This document shows positions 18,358 to 27,328 of a stretch of DNA of 32,000 nt, one piece after another. The DNA is taken from contig JBDTXR010000004.1 in the NCBI GenBank assembly GCA_040006075.1, positions 21,457 through 53,456 on the forward strand. Direction: 5' to 3'. The stretch is from Byssovorax sp. GTDB taxonomy: Bacteria; Myxococcota_A; Polyangia; Polyangiales; Polyangiaceae. The stretch's first letter is position 1, and each line of letters opens with the position of its first letter. Under the pieces are notes generated by a model. It was not told the DNA's origin. It saw only the letters and a list, made by a program, of their open reading frames with translations, and made no database searches. The position numbers and the translations under genes are program-made.

Positions 18358-18652
18358 GATTCGGTCTGTCTCTTCGCTCCGAAGCGTGATGCGCTGGACG
18401 CGCGTGATGCCGCAGGGTGCGGACCCTCTTCGCCTCCGTGAGGCCGGTTCGGAGCGGTGAACCGGGGCGGCAATGCGCCAGGCAGGTCGGGGGCGCGCAT
18501 TCTACTCACGGGAGGCCGAAGGGAAAGCGAAAGCGTCGCGGCTCGCGCTCGCTCGCAGGAACCTGCTCGAAATGCGCGGTGATTCCGCGCTCCCGCCGCG
18601 CCGGAGGCGAAGGAGATCGCGCTGACCCCGGCGACCGGCGCCGCGAAGCAAT

Positions 18653-18680
18653 AAAAAAGGCCGGGATCGCCGGCCTTTTT
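18653..18680. terminator. bidirectional intrinsic terminator
   Basis: AAAAAA-GGCCGG-GATCG-CCGGCC-TTTTT. A GC stem is flanked by A- and T-tracts, 33 nt downstream of the minus-strand cupredoxin gene stop. Confidence 0.75.
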
Positions 18681-18712
18681 CGCGGATTGGGCAGCTCACT
18701 GCCCCTGTCGGT

Positions 18713-19138
18713 TCAGCTGCCTACGTTGATGGTCCCCTTCACCATGGCCATCCCGCACTGGAAGCCGTACTTGCCCTCTTTGTCGAACTTCACCGGGATC
18801 TCGACCGGGGTGTTCTGGGGCAAGTCTTTCTTGATGTTGAGGTCGGGGATCACGACCTGAGCGAGGCAGTCGGCCTTCGTGGTTCGAGTGAACACGAGGA
18901 CGACTTGCTCCCCCTTCTTCACGTCGACCGTCGCGGGCGAGTAGCCCTCGACGGTGGCGGTGACGGGGATGCGGCGACCGACGACGGTCGACGTTTGAGC
19001 GACGGTGGCGGTGTTCGTCGACGCTTGCGCGGTGGCCTCGGAGGGCTTGCTGCAGGCGGCCTGGACGAAGACGGCGGTGGTGGCGAGGAGGAGAGCGGCG
19101 AGGCCGCTGATCGTGTGTTGCTTACCTGGTGGCATCAT
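18713..19138 (-). CDS. cupredoxin-like domain lipoprotein
   Basis: I chose start ATGATG at 19138 because the listed 338-aa ORF is an upstream extension. Lipobox FVQAAC. The block GYSPATVDVKKGEQVVLVFTRTTKADCLAQVVIPDL...GKYGFQCGMAMVKGTI resembles cupredoxin_1-type metal-associated domains. Confidence 0.7.
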   Translation of the reverse strand: MMPPGKQHTISGLAALLLATTAVFVQAACSKPSEATAQASTNTATVAQTSTVVGRRIPVTATVEGYSPATVDVKKGEQVVLVFTRTTKADCLAQVVIPDLNIKKDLPQNTPVEIPVKFDKEGKYGFQCGMAMVKGTINVGS

Positions 19139-19247
19139 GGAGGCTCGTTTTTCCCCCACCCTCGCGCCCGCGTCAAGGCGATCGACGCGCTCGTGGTCTT
19201 GACCGTACTCTTTGCCCGGGATGCCTGGTCCGGTAGAGGAAACGGTC

Positions 19248-21173
19248 ATGCTTCGCCGGATCCTGGCCTCGTTCGCCCTCGCGCTCGCCGCGTGCTCGAA
19301 CGTCGCGCCGCCGGCTCCTCCGCTCGGCGAGCCCGCTCCGCGCGCGCCCTCGGTCGCCTCGGCTCCGCCCGTCGTCGCGGCCGCGGCGTTCACTCCGCTG
19401 GCCGCGCCGACCGAGTGCGCCGACAGCCCGGCGATCGCTGTGTTCGCCGCGCCGCTCGCGCCTCGGGTCGGCGCGCCGCTGCGGATCCTCGCGGTCGCGA
19501 GCGCCCCGCTCGACGCCGCGCTCGTGGTCCACGATCCCTCGGGTGCGCCCGTCGTCGTCGCGACCGAGCGCCATGGAGCCGCGCCGTTCTGGTGGTACGC
19601 CGAGCTTCCGGCCGCCGCCGTCGGCGAGTACCGCGTCGTCCTCCAGCGCGTTGGGGACGCCGAGGCGTCCCCCATCGCCGCGTGCCGCACCCTCTCCGTC
19701 GAGGTCGATCCCGCGCCGCCGAAGCGCACCGCGTGGAGCGCCGCGTGGGGCGTGCGCGCCGCGTGGACCGAGGCCTACGAGAACCTCTACTCGGCGTGGA
19801 TCGAGAAGCTCTTCGACGCCCCGCTCGCCGAGCAGCCCGCGTGGCCCGCGCTGCAGGAGGTGCTCCACGATCGCGCTCGCAACTTCCTCCACGACGATCG
19901 CGGCGAGGGCGAGGACGACGACGGCCAGGGCGCCCCGGTGCTCCAGCCCGACTGCGCCGATTTGCCCTATTTTCTCCGTGGTTATTTCGCTTTCAAGCTC
20001 GGCTTGCCCTTCGCGTACTCCACCTGCACGCGCGGCGGCTGGGGCTCGCCGCCGACCTGCTCGCACCGACGATCGAACCTCAACCCGGTGCCGCAGCGGA
20101 CGAGCGCGGTCTCCACCTTCACCGACTTCCTGCGGATCACAGTGGCCAACACCGTCCACTCCGGTACCGGTCGTGCTCCAGCGGAGGACGATGGTGGCGA
20201 CTATTACCCGATCCGCCTCTCGTTCGAGGGGCTGCGGCCGGGCACCATCTACGCCGATCCGTACGGGCACATCCTGGTCGTCGCCAAGCGCATCCCGCAG
20301 ACGGCGGAGTCCGGAGGCGTGCTCCTCGCGGTCGACGGTCAGCCCGACGGTACCGTCGCGCGCAAGCGCTTCTGGGCGGGCAACTTTCTCTTCGCCGTCG
20401 ATCCGGCGCTCGGCAGCGCGGGGTTCAAGCGCTTCCGTCCTCTCGTGATCGATCACGCGCAGGTGAAGGCGCTCTCCAACGCGGAGATCGCCGCGGCGCC
20501 GGTGTACGGCGACTTCGCGCTGGATCAGTACGCGGCCGGCGCCACGGGCTTCTACGATCGCATGGACGACGTGCTCTCGCCCTCGCCGCTCGATCCGGCG
20601 ACGGCGATGCTCGAGCGGGTGCAGGCGCTCGACGAGCAGGTGCGCGCGCGGGTGCTCTCGGTGCAGAACGGGCAGAAGCATTTTGCCGGCGGCCACGGCG
20701 CGCGGATCGCGATGCCGAAGGGCGCGACGATCTTCGAGACCGACGGGGACTGGGAAGATTTCTCCACGCCCTCGCGCGATCTGCGGCTCCTGATCGCGGT
20801 CGATCTCGTGCAGGGGTTCCCGGCTCTCGTGGCGCGTCGTCCCGCCCGCTTCGCGATGCCGACGGGCAAGAGCGTCACGGATCTCGAGGGCGAGCTCGAC
20901 GCGCTCCTCGACGCCGAGCTCCACAAGCGCTCGGTGAGCTACGCGCGCAGCGACGGCGCGCCGTTCACGATCACCCTCGCCGACGTGGTCGCGCGCGCGC
21001 CCGATCTCGAGGTGGCCTACAACCCCAACGACTGCCCCGAGGTGCGCTGGGGCGCGCCGGCCGGGAGCGCCGAGATCGCCACGTGCAAGCGCCGCGCGCC
21101 CGCAGGCCAGGCCGCGCAGATGCGGGCGGTGCGCCCCTGGTTTCACGATCGCAAGCGGCCGCCGCGCGGATAA
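19248..21173 (+). CDS. hypothetical lipoprotein (about 640 aa)
   Basis: ATG 19248 has GAGGAA upstream. Signal peptide plus lipobox MLRRILASFALALAACS. It has coding-like GC3 bias, and I recognise no family motif. Confidence 0.6.
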   Translation: MLRRILASFALALAACSNVAPPAPPLGEPAPRAPSVASAPPVVAAAAFTPLAAPTECADSPAIAVFAAPLAPRVGAPLRILAVASAPLDAALVVHDPSGAPVVVATERHGAAPFWWYAELPAAAVGEYRVVLQRVGDAEASPIAACRTLSVEVDPAPPKRTAWSAAWGVRAAWTEAYENLYSAWIEKLFDAPLAEQPAWPALQEVLHDRARNFLHDDRGEGEDDDGQGAPVLQPDCADLPYFLRGYFAFKLGLPFAYSTCTRGGWGSPPTCSHRRSNLNPVPQRTSAVSTFTDFLRITVANTVHSGTGRAPAEDDGGDYYPIRLSFEGLRPGTIYADPYGHILVVAKRIPQTAESGGVLLAVDGQPDGTVARKRFWAGNFLFAVDPALGSAGFKRFRPLVIDHAQVKALSNAEIAAAPVYGDFALDQYAAGATGFYDRMDDVLSPSPLDPATAMLERVQALDEQVRARVLSVQNGQKHFAGGHGARIAMPKGATIFETDGDWEDFSTPSRDLRLLIAVDLVQGFPALVARRPARFAMPTGKSVTDLEGELDALLDAELHKRSVSYARSDGAPFTITLADVVARAPDLEVAYNPNDCPEVRWGAPAGSAEIATCKRRAPAGQAAQMRAVRPWFHDRKRPPRG

Positions 21174-21188
21174 GCTCGCGGGACCGCG

Positions 21189-22085
21189 ATGTTGATCTTG
21201 CCGTACGGCCACGACAAATCGGTCTACGGAAACCAGTGGATCACCTGGCTCCTGATCGCGATCAACGTCGTGGTCTTCGCGGTGGCGACGCTGATGGATC
21301 GCGGCGCCAACGAGCGGATCCGCGCCGCGGTCGACGCGCTGGACAGCGCCCACGAGATCTACCCCGAGGCCCGCGTCCCCTCGTCCGTCTTCGCGCCCCT
21401 CACGCCGCGGCTCCGGGCGGTGCTCGCGTTCATCACCTCCGACGATCCCGACGACGCCGACGCCGACGGTTCGTTCGAGCTGCGCAAGGCGGCGCGGCGC
21501 CTCGTCGCGGCCGTGGGCGACAGGCCCACTGTTCGCTTCGGGTACACGCCGGGGAGGCCGCGCGCTCTCGGCTTCTTCTCCAGTGCCTTCATGCACGCCG
21601 ACATCTTCCACCTCGCCGGCAACATGCTGTTTCTCTGGATCGTGGGGACGGTGATCGAGTGTTACTGGGAGATGCTCCCGTTCGCGATCCTCTACGCGAT
21701 CTCGGCGGCGACTGGCACGCTCGCCCACCACCTCGCGGCGCCGACCAGCATGATCCCGCTGGTGGGCGCGTCGGGCGCGATCGCCGGGCTGATGGGGGCC
21801 TTTCTGGTGGGTCACCCGCGGACCCGGGTGAAGATCTTCTTTTTCCCCTGGATCCTGCGCCCCCACTACCTGACTCGACCCGTGCCCGTCTGGCTGCTTC
21901 TCCCCGGTTGGTTCCTGCTCCAGCTCTACTTTGGAGTCGAGGCCTCCGGCGGAAACGGCGACGGCGTGGCGTACTGGGCCCACGTGGGCGGGTTCCTCAC
22001 CGGGGTGGCCGGCGCGGTGATCATGAAGCTGGGCGGGTGGGTGGTCTACGACGCGGCGGAGCTCCTGAAGAAAGAGAGCGCTTGA
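21189..22085 (+). CDS. rhomboid-family intramembrane serine protease
   Basis: Multiple transmembrane segments. The FMHADIFHLAGNMLFLW (HxxxN) and GASGAIAGLMGA (GxSG) motifs are present. Confidence 0.8.
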   Translation: MLILPYGHDKSVYGNQWITWLLIAINVVVFAVATLMDRGANERIRAAVDALDSAHEIYPEARVPSSVFAPLTPRLRAVLAFITSDDPDDADADGSFELRKAARRLVAAVGDRPTVRFGYTPGRPRALGFFSSAFMHADIFHLAGNMLFLWIVGTVIECYWEMLPFAILYAISAATGTLAHHLAAPTSMIPLVGASGAIAGLMGAFLVGHPRTRVKIFFFPWILRPHYLTRPVPVWLLLPGWFLLQLYFGVEASGGNGDGVAYWAHVGGFLTGVAGAVIMKLGGWVVYDAAELLKKESA

Positions 22086-22126
22086 GGGCGGGTGATCCAG
22101 GCGCCGGTGGTGGTACGCTGCGGCCG

Positions 22127-22429
22127 ATGCGAGACCGGCTCCGGGCGATGGTGGGTGTGGTGCTCTGGAGCGATTTGCAGGCGCACGCGAAGCGCGACGC
22201 GGTGATCGTCGTCGCCGCGGGGCTCGACCTCGTCGACGCCGGCGCGGCGCTGGCCGAGAACGACGCGGCGCGGGTGGAGCAGTGGATTCAGGCGGGGCTG
22301 CTCAACAAGCCCACGGCCGAGGATCTCGAGCGGTGGTCAATCGATCGCGCGGCCCGCTTCGACTCGCTGATCGTGGCGCCCTTCGTGCTGATCCGCGCGC
22401 GCGAGCGGCCGGCCTCCGAGAGCAACTGA
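22127..22429 (+). CDS. DUF2288-family small protein
   Basis: 100-aa ORF. The pattern W..LQ....V.VV..GLDLVD.G.A...ND...VEQWI..GLL.KPT.....W........L.V.PFVL matches my recollection of DUF2288 proteins. Confidence 0.55.
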   Translation: MRDRLRAMVGVVLWSDLQAHAKRDAVIVVAAGLDLVDAGAALAENDAARVEQWIQAGLLNKPTAEDLERWSIDRAARFDSLIVAPFVLIRARERPASESN

Positions 22430-22522
22430 AGCGATCGCCCGCGCCGCTCGGCGCGGTCCGCGTATGCTCCGTCGACCGCGGGGATCGTCGATCGATCACC
22501 GTCCTCGAACCGGAGAGCAAAG

Positions 22523-23911
22523 ATGAGCGGCTATCGAATCATGTCCTTCGACGGCGGTCCGGCGGCGCTGACCGTGGTCCCGTGCCTGATCGAGATCGAG
22601 CGCAAGAACCCGGGATTCATCGCGGCGACGAGGCTCTTCGTCGGCGCGTCGTCGGGCGCGTGGACCGCCCTCTACCTCGCGCGCAACATGCGCCTCGTCG
22701 ACTCGGGCAAGATCACCGGGCTCCAGCTCCTGCAGAGTTGCCTGACGTTCCTGGAGAGCTCGCTCGCGGCGATGATTCCGCCTGACCCCCGCGGGTTGGT
22801 GGACGCGTGGATCAACTTCGTGCTCGGCGAGACTCCGCTCTACTCGTACCAGGGTTACGGCAGCGACGCGCCCTGCGGCGGCGTGCAAGGGTTGATGATC
22901 GAGCCGGCGAACTACGGCAAGGACCAGCTCGGGAGCCTCACCTCGCGGCGCGTGGTGGTGATCGCGGGGCGGATGAGCGCGCCCTGGGCGCCCCGGGTCT
23001 ACGACAGCGCCGAGCCCGCGGACGCCGAGGAGGCGCTCTACGACGTCGCGCTGCGCAGCGGCTCGTTCCCGATGGCGTTCCCGATCCGCGACGGGCAGGT
23101 CGACGGCGCGCTGTACACCAACAACGCGGCGATGGTCGGCCTGGTGCAAGCGCTGGCCGGGACAAGGGCGGTCGAGCCGGTTTCACTCGCCGACGCGATC
23201 CTGTTCACGCTCGGTACCGACGACGGGAGCAGCAACCTTTCGAACCTCCTCGTGCCGGGAAGGCGCGAGGACGGCGCCGCGCCCGAGGCCGCAGAGAGCG
23301 AGGAAGACAAGGTCACGCTGGAGGCGCTCTCCGTCGCGAAGAAGGTTCAAGGGATCAGGGATCGGATGCCCGCTATCGAGGCGCAGATGGAGGACATCCT
23401 GCGCGCCCTCACCCACGGCCAGAAGCCGCTCTTCGACGATCGCACCGCGGAAGCCTTGAGGCAGATGCGGCTGCGGATCGGCCTCCGCACGAGCAAGCTG
23501 GCGTCGGATCTCGCCGGCCCGAAGGGGAGCCCCGCGCCCGACGGGACAGCGCCTTCGCCGCCTCCGCCGGAGCAGGGCTGGGGGTGGATCCCCTGGCTCG
23601 TTTCCCCGGTGAATGTGCTGTTTCTCGCTCAGGTGCTGTTCAACAGCCAGGGTCGTGGCGTGGGCGATCAGTGCCAGAAGCTGCTTGGCAATCGATCGCT
23701 TCGCCTCGGGCCGGTCACCCTCCTCGCCAGCAACGAGGCGGCTTTGCTCCTGCTCCTCGGCGCCCACGACGTCGTGAGCAAGCTCGGCGATCTGACCGCC
23801 TCGCTGTGGCGGGTGACGTGGCCGGCGTTCGTGGTGCGGGATCTGGGGTTCGTGCCCGGGTTCAAGCAGTCGAACACCTGGGTGACCTCGGTGTGGATGA
23901 AGGGGCCTTGA
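22523..23911 (+). CDS. patatin-like phospholipase family protein
   Basis: N-terminal SFDGGPAA (oxyanion region), GASSGAW (GxSxG nucleophile) and DGALYTNNAA (catalytic Asp) are present. A long C-terminal extension includes a Pro-rich linker. Confidence 0.7.
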   Translation: MSGYRIMSFDGGPAALTVVPCLIEIERKNPGFIAATRLFVGASSGAWTALYLARNMRLVDSGKITGLQLLQSCLTFLESSLAAMIPPDPRGLVDAWINFVLGETPLYSYQGYGSDAPCGGVQGLMIEPANYGKDQLGSLTSRRVVVIAGRMSAPWAPRVYDSAEPADAEEALYDVALRSGSFPMAFPIRDGQVDGALYTNNAAMVGLVQALAGTRAVEPVSLADAILFTLGTDDGSSNLSNLLVPGRREDGAAPEAAESEEDKVTLEALSVAKKVQGIRDRMPAIEAQMEDILRALTHGQKPLFDDRTAEALRQMRLRIGLRTSKLASDLAGPKGSPAPDGTAPSPPPPEQGWGWIPWLVSPVNVLFLAQVLFNSQGRGVGDQCQKLLGNRSLRLGPVTLLASNEAALLLLLGAHDVVSKLGDLTASLWRVTWPAFVVRDLGFVPGFKQSNTWVTSVWMKGP

Positions 23912-24016
23912 AGCCTCGGAAGGCCGCGTCGAGCGCGAGCTCGCCGGTCACGCCCACCTGATCGGGGGGAGGATCCTTCCGCGGCGGCGCGCTCTTTCCG
24001 GCGAGGAGAGCGAGGC

Positions 24017-24577
24017 TTGGACGCCCGCTCGCGTGGGGGCTACGCTCCCTCGGTGCCCCACCTCCCCCGACTCGCCCGAGTCACCCGCGCGCTCGCCCTC
24101 GCGGGCCTCGTGGTCGCCTCGGCGGCCTGCGTCCAGAAGCCGACCATGAAGCTCGATCACGCCGAGATCTCGGGCGTGCGCGTCGGCTTCCCGCCGAGCC
24201 TCGGCGTGCTCATGAACATCGTCGTCGCGGTCGATAACCCGAACTCGTACGACATCGCGATCCGGGCCGTGCGCGGGCAGGTCGTCCTCGCGAACATGTA
24301 CACGCTGCCCGTGAATTTTCGCGCGCCGAACAACGGCGTCTGGCTGCGCTCGGGCGTGATCTCGCGCATGGCCGTGCCGGTCGACATCCCGGTCCAGCTC
24401 GCGGTCCAGCTCCTTCAAAACGGGATGTCGATGCCGACGATCTCCTACCGCTTCATCGGCCACGCCGACGTCACCGCGACCAGCACGCTCCAGCTCGAGA
24501 AGGACGACTATTCGGTGAACGAGTGGGGGATCATGACCCGGCAGCAGCTCGCCGCGGCGCTGGGCTGGGGCTTTTGA
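24017..24577 (+). CDS. LEA_2/NDR1-like (LEA14-type) lipoprotein
   Basis: Signal peptide plus lipobox LVVASAAC. The text KLDHAEISGVRVGF...LMNIVVAVDNPNSYDIAIRAVRGQVVL resembles the water-stress/hypersensitive-response (LEA_2) fold. The start is uncertain (TTG 24017 or GTG 24053). Confidence 0.55.
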   Translation: MDARSRGGYAPSVPHLPRLARVTRALALAGLVVASAACVQKPTMKLDHAEISGVRVGFPPSLGVLMNIVVAVDNPNSYDIAIRAVRGQVVLANMYTLPVNFRAPNNGVWLRSGVISRMAVPVDIPVQLAVQLLQNGMSMPTISYRFIGHADVTATSTLQLEKDDYSVNEWGIMTRQQLAAALGWGF

Positions 24578-25267
24578 TCAGGGCTTCTTGACGCCGAGGA
24601 AGCTGGCGAGAGCAGGGTAGTCGCGGTCCTCGACGGCGCCCTCGATCACGCAGGCCACCTGGCCGCTGGGGGCGACCAGGGCTTGCAGCGGGAGCTGCGG
24701 AGGATCCTTGACGTTGAGCGCCGCGAGCCAGCCGGAGCGGCCTTCGCCCTCGGGGAGCCAGTACGAGGCGCGCACGCCGTTCTTCGGTTGAGCCTCGATG
24801 AAGCGCTGGAGCTGGCGCTCGTCGTCGTCCATCGAAACAAAAGCAAAGTCGATGAGCACGCCGGCGGCAGCGAGCTTGTCGCGCCAGCTCACGAGGCGCG
24901 GCATCTCTTCCTTGCAGGGGCCGCACCAGGCTGCCCAGAAGTTGACCCAGACCCATTTGCCGACGCCGAAGGGCACGGGGACGGGCGGAGCGTCGTTGCC
25001 TGGAGCGGCGACGGCCCGGGGGTTTCCCTTCGGCGCGGGGCGCGGCGACTGCCCCGCACAGAGCTGGCGAGGTGCGGTGTTGACCGGGGCGACCGGGTGC
25101 GCGGTGGGCGGGGGAGCGCCCGAGTCGCGCGCGGCGACGGCGTCCCCGCCGCGGCCGGTGGGAGGCGGGGGAGGAGGCAAGCTGCTCTTGCCGCCGCCGC
25201 CGTCGCAGCCGGAGAGCAGGGCCGCGACGAGGGCGGTGACCGTCAGGGAAGGGCGCAGGGAGATCAT
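24578..25267 (-). CDS. TlpA/ResA-like thiol:disulfide oxidoreductase lipoprotein
   Basis: Start ATG is at 25267 (MISLRPSLTVTALVAALLSGC lipobox). It has a Pro-rich linker and a thioredoxin motif FWAAWCGPCKEEMP. The listed 503-aa ORF extension overlaps the upstream gene in another frame and is rejected. Confidence 0.75.
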   Translation of the reverse strand: MISLRPSLTVTALVAALLSGCDGGGGKSSLPPPPPPTGRGGDAVAARDSGAPPPTAHPVAPVNTAPRQLCAGQSPRPAPKGNPRAVAAPGNDAPPVPVPFGVGKWVWVNFWAAWCGPCKEEMPRLVSWRDKLAAAGVLIDFAFVSMDDDERQLQRFIEAQPKNGVRASYWLPEGEGRSGWLAALNVKDPPQLPLQALVAPSGQVACVIEGAVEDRDYPALASFLGVKKP

Positions 25268-26568
25268 CAACGCTTCTCCGCGGTGGCGGCGGGGGCGAGC
25301 GGGTAGGAGAGCGTATCGAACAGCCACTCTTTGTTCTTCGCGACCTCGCCCGTGAGCTTCTCGACCATGCCAGAGCGGCGCTCGAAGAGGCGGTATCCCT
25401 CGCGTGGGCGGAGGTAGCCGCGGGCCTTGGGGTGCTTCTCGAACAGGGCCTCTTCGCCCATCTTCTCGGCCCAGCTCGCGTAGCGGGCGCGGTTCTCGAG
25501 GAGCGCCTTGACCAGGAAGGGCATGATCACCGAGAAGTCGCCCTGCATGCTCTCGGTGGTGCTCTGGTAGGTGGCGCGGTCGACCTTGCCCCAGGTGACG
25601 GCCTCGGAAGGCGGGCACGAGGACAGCGATCCATCGGTGATCGGCGCCGAGACGATCTGCACGTCGAACGAGTAGCCCTGGATGTTCGGGAGGCCAAGGA
25701 CCTGGCCGAGGGCGGGCTCGGGCTGGAGGTTGTAGTTCTTGGGGACGCCGCCGCCGAGGACCAGCGTGGCGAGGGCCTGGGTGGGCTGATCGAAGAGGCC
25801 CCAGAAGTGGTAGGCGCAGGCCTCGAACACCTCGGCGTGGAGGTCGAGATCGAAGTCGTAGCTCTTGATGAGCCCGGCCTTCTTCATGGCCCAGAGCTTC
25901 ATGGAGTTGAGGAAGACGCTGCCGTCGCCCGGGGCGCCGACGAAGATGGGAATGGCCATCTGGTGGCAGCGGGCGAGGAGGCCGGTCGCGACGCCGTTCT
26001 GGGCCTCTTGCGCGGCGTATTTCGCGCCCAGGAGATACCGCATCTCGGTGCCCGTCATCCGCTTCTGGAACTCCGGGAGCTGCAAGCACGCGCTGATGAA
26101 GCGGTCCTGGTGCAACAGCACGTCTTCGTCGAAGGCCATGTCGGTGACGCGGATGGTCTTCTCGTCGCGGAGCGCGCCGTCGTCGCCGAAGATGGGGACC
26201 TCGTGGATCGGGCCCTCTTTGTAGGCGTCGAGGCTCCGGTGGCCGTCGTGGTAACAGATGGCGTCCGTCATGCTGAGGTAAGCGACCCAGCCCGTCTCGA
26301 TCAGCGGATTCAACCAGACCTGGTGCTGTCCCGAGACGGTGATCGGCCCCGAGACGGCGACCGTGAGCGGGCAGCCCGAGCCGATGGCCTCGTCGAGGAT
26401 CCCGTAAATCCGGCGGAGAAACGCGCCGCCGAAGGCCGGGAGACAGTGGGTGAGGAGATCGCCCGTCGTGGTGGTCTCGTCGATGCGGCGAACGACGACC
26501 GGGCGGCGGGGACCGCCTTGAGCCGGGGCCTGGCCACCGGGTTCCTGACAGGGATGCTTGGCGCTCAT
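25267..26568 (-). CDS. deoxyhypusine synthase-like (homospermidine synthase-like) protein
   Basis: 433-aa ORF. Blocks such as VAVSGPITVSGQHQVWLNPLIETGWVAYLSMTDAICYHD and GGGVPKNYNLQPEP resemble the deoxyhypusine synthase family. Its stop overlaps the TlpA-like start by 1 nt (TGATG). Confidence 0.65.
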   Translation of the reverse strand: MSAKHPCQEPGGQAPAQGGPRRPVVVRRIDETTTTGDLLTHCLPAFGGAFLRRIYGILDEAIGSGCPLTVAVSGPITVSGQHQVWLNPLIETGWVAYLSMTDAICYHDGHRSLDAYKEGPIHEVPIFGDDGALRDEKTIRVTDMAFDEDVLLHQDRFISACLQLPEFQKRMTGTEMRYLLGAKYAAQEAQNGVATGLLARCHQMAIPIFVGAPGDGSVFLNSMKLWAMKKAGLIKSYDFDLDLHAEVFEACAYHFWGLFDQPTQALATLVLGGGVPKNYNLQPEPALGQVLGLPNIQGYSFDVQIVSAPITDGSLSSCPPSEAVTWGKVDRATYQSTTESMQGDFSVIMPFLVKALLENRARYASWAEKMGEEALFEKHPKARGYLRPREGYRLFERRSGMVEKLTGEVAKNKEWLFDTLSYPLAPAATAEKR

Positions 26569-26628
26569 GGTGGCGCGACTATGGCAAATCCCGGGGCAAA
26601 TCGCAATTCGCGAATGCCCTCAGGCGAG

Positions 26629-27327
26629 TCACAATTGACAGTCGACCCACGAGACGAATGCGCTGCGGTTGATGGCCTCGGCGGCGCATTTCTTTGGATC
26701 GCGCGAGACGTTCCACTGGCAGTACTCGGGGCCGAGCTGGGCGAACTCGTTGCCGAGCCAGAGCATGCCTACCTGCTTGTCGAGATCGGCGTCCTTGAAC
26801 TTGTCGCCGATCTCGAAGAGCACGGAGTTGGCGCGCTTGTGGGAGAGGGCGCGGTTGAGATCGGGAGTGCCGGTCTTCGAGGCGCGCGCCACCACGAAGA
26901 AATAGCGGCCGCCGCGGCGGTCGACCCAGAGATCGTCGATGACCTTCTTGCCGCCCTCGTCGAGCTTCTCCGAGCCGTCGTCGAACATGATCACCGCGCC
27001 GCGGTCCTTGAGCGGGGTGAAGAGGGCGTTGAAGTCCTCGTCGCTGATCGAGGCCAGCGTCTTCACGTCGGCCGGCTGGCAGCCGTGGCGCGAGTCGGCT
27101 CCGACGAGGCCACACGCGTTGAGGACGCGCTGGAGCACCTGCTTGAACGGAGGGGTGCAATACGGTGCCTCCGCGTCGTTGGCGATGGCGACCTTGTCCT
27201 TCGGCTCTTCGGTGGCGCCGGTCTTCAGGCGCTCTCCCGCGGCCGAGACCTGGCCCTGGAGCGCGAACACCGAGGCCACGAGAGCGACGCAGCCGGCCGA
27301 GAGCCCGACGATGCCTGAACCCTTCAT
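26629..27327 (-). CDS. secreted protein with OmpA-like C-terminal signature
   Basis: Start is at MKGSGIVGLSAG... (signal peptide). The block FVVARASKTGTPDLNRALSHKRANSV resembles the peptidoglycan-binding OmpA/MotB motif. Several Cys residues are present. Confidence 0.5.
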   Translation of the reverse strand: MKGSGIVGLSAGCVALVASVFALQGQVSAAGERLKTGATEEPKDKVAIANDAEAPYCTPPFKQVLQRVLNACGLVGADSRHGCQPADVKTLASISDEDFNALFTPLKDRGAVIMFDDGSEKLDEGGKKVIDDLWVDRRGGRYFFVVARASKTGTPDLNRALSHKRANSVLFEIGDKFKDADLDKQVGMLWLGNEFAQLGPEYCQWNVSRDPKKCAAEAINRSAFVSWVDCQL

Positions 27328-27328
27328 G

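Noticed and set aside
18905-22429. A very long 1174-aa ORF on the plus strand, and 19173-21983 (936 aa) on the minus strand.
   Set aside because: Their translations are Arg/Ala/Gly-rich off-frame or antisense readings of the lipoprotein, rhomboid and DUF2288 genes. Only the last ~100 codons of the first (22127-22429) look like a real protein.
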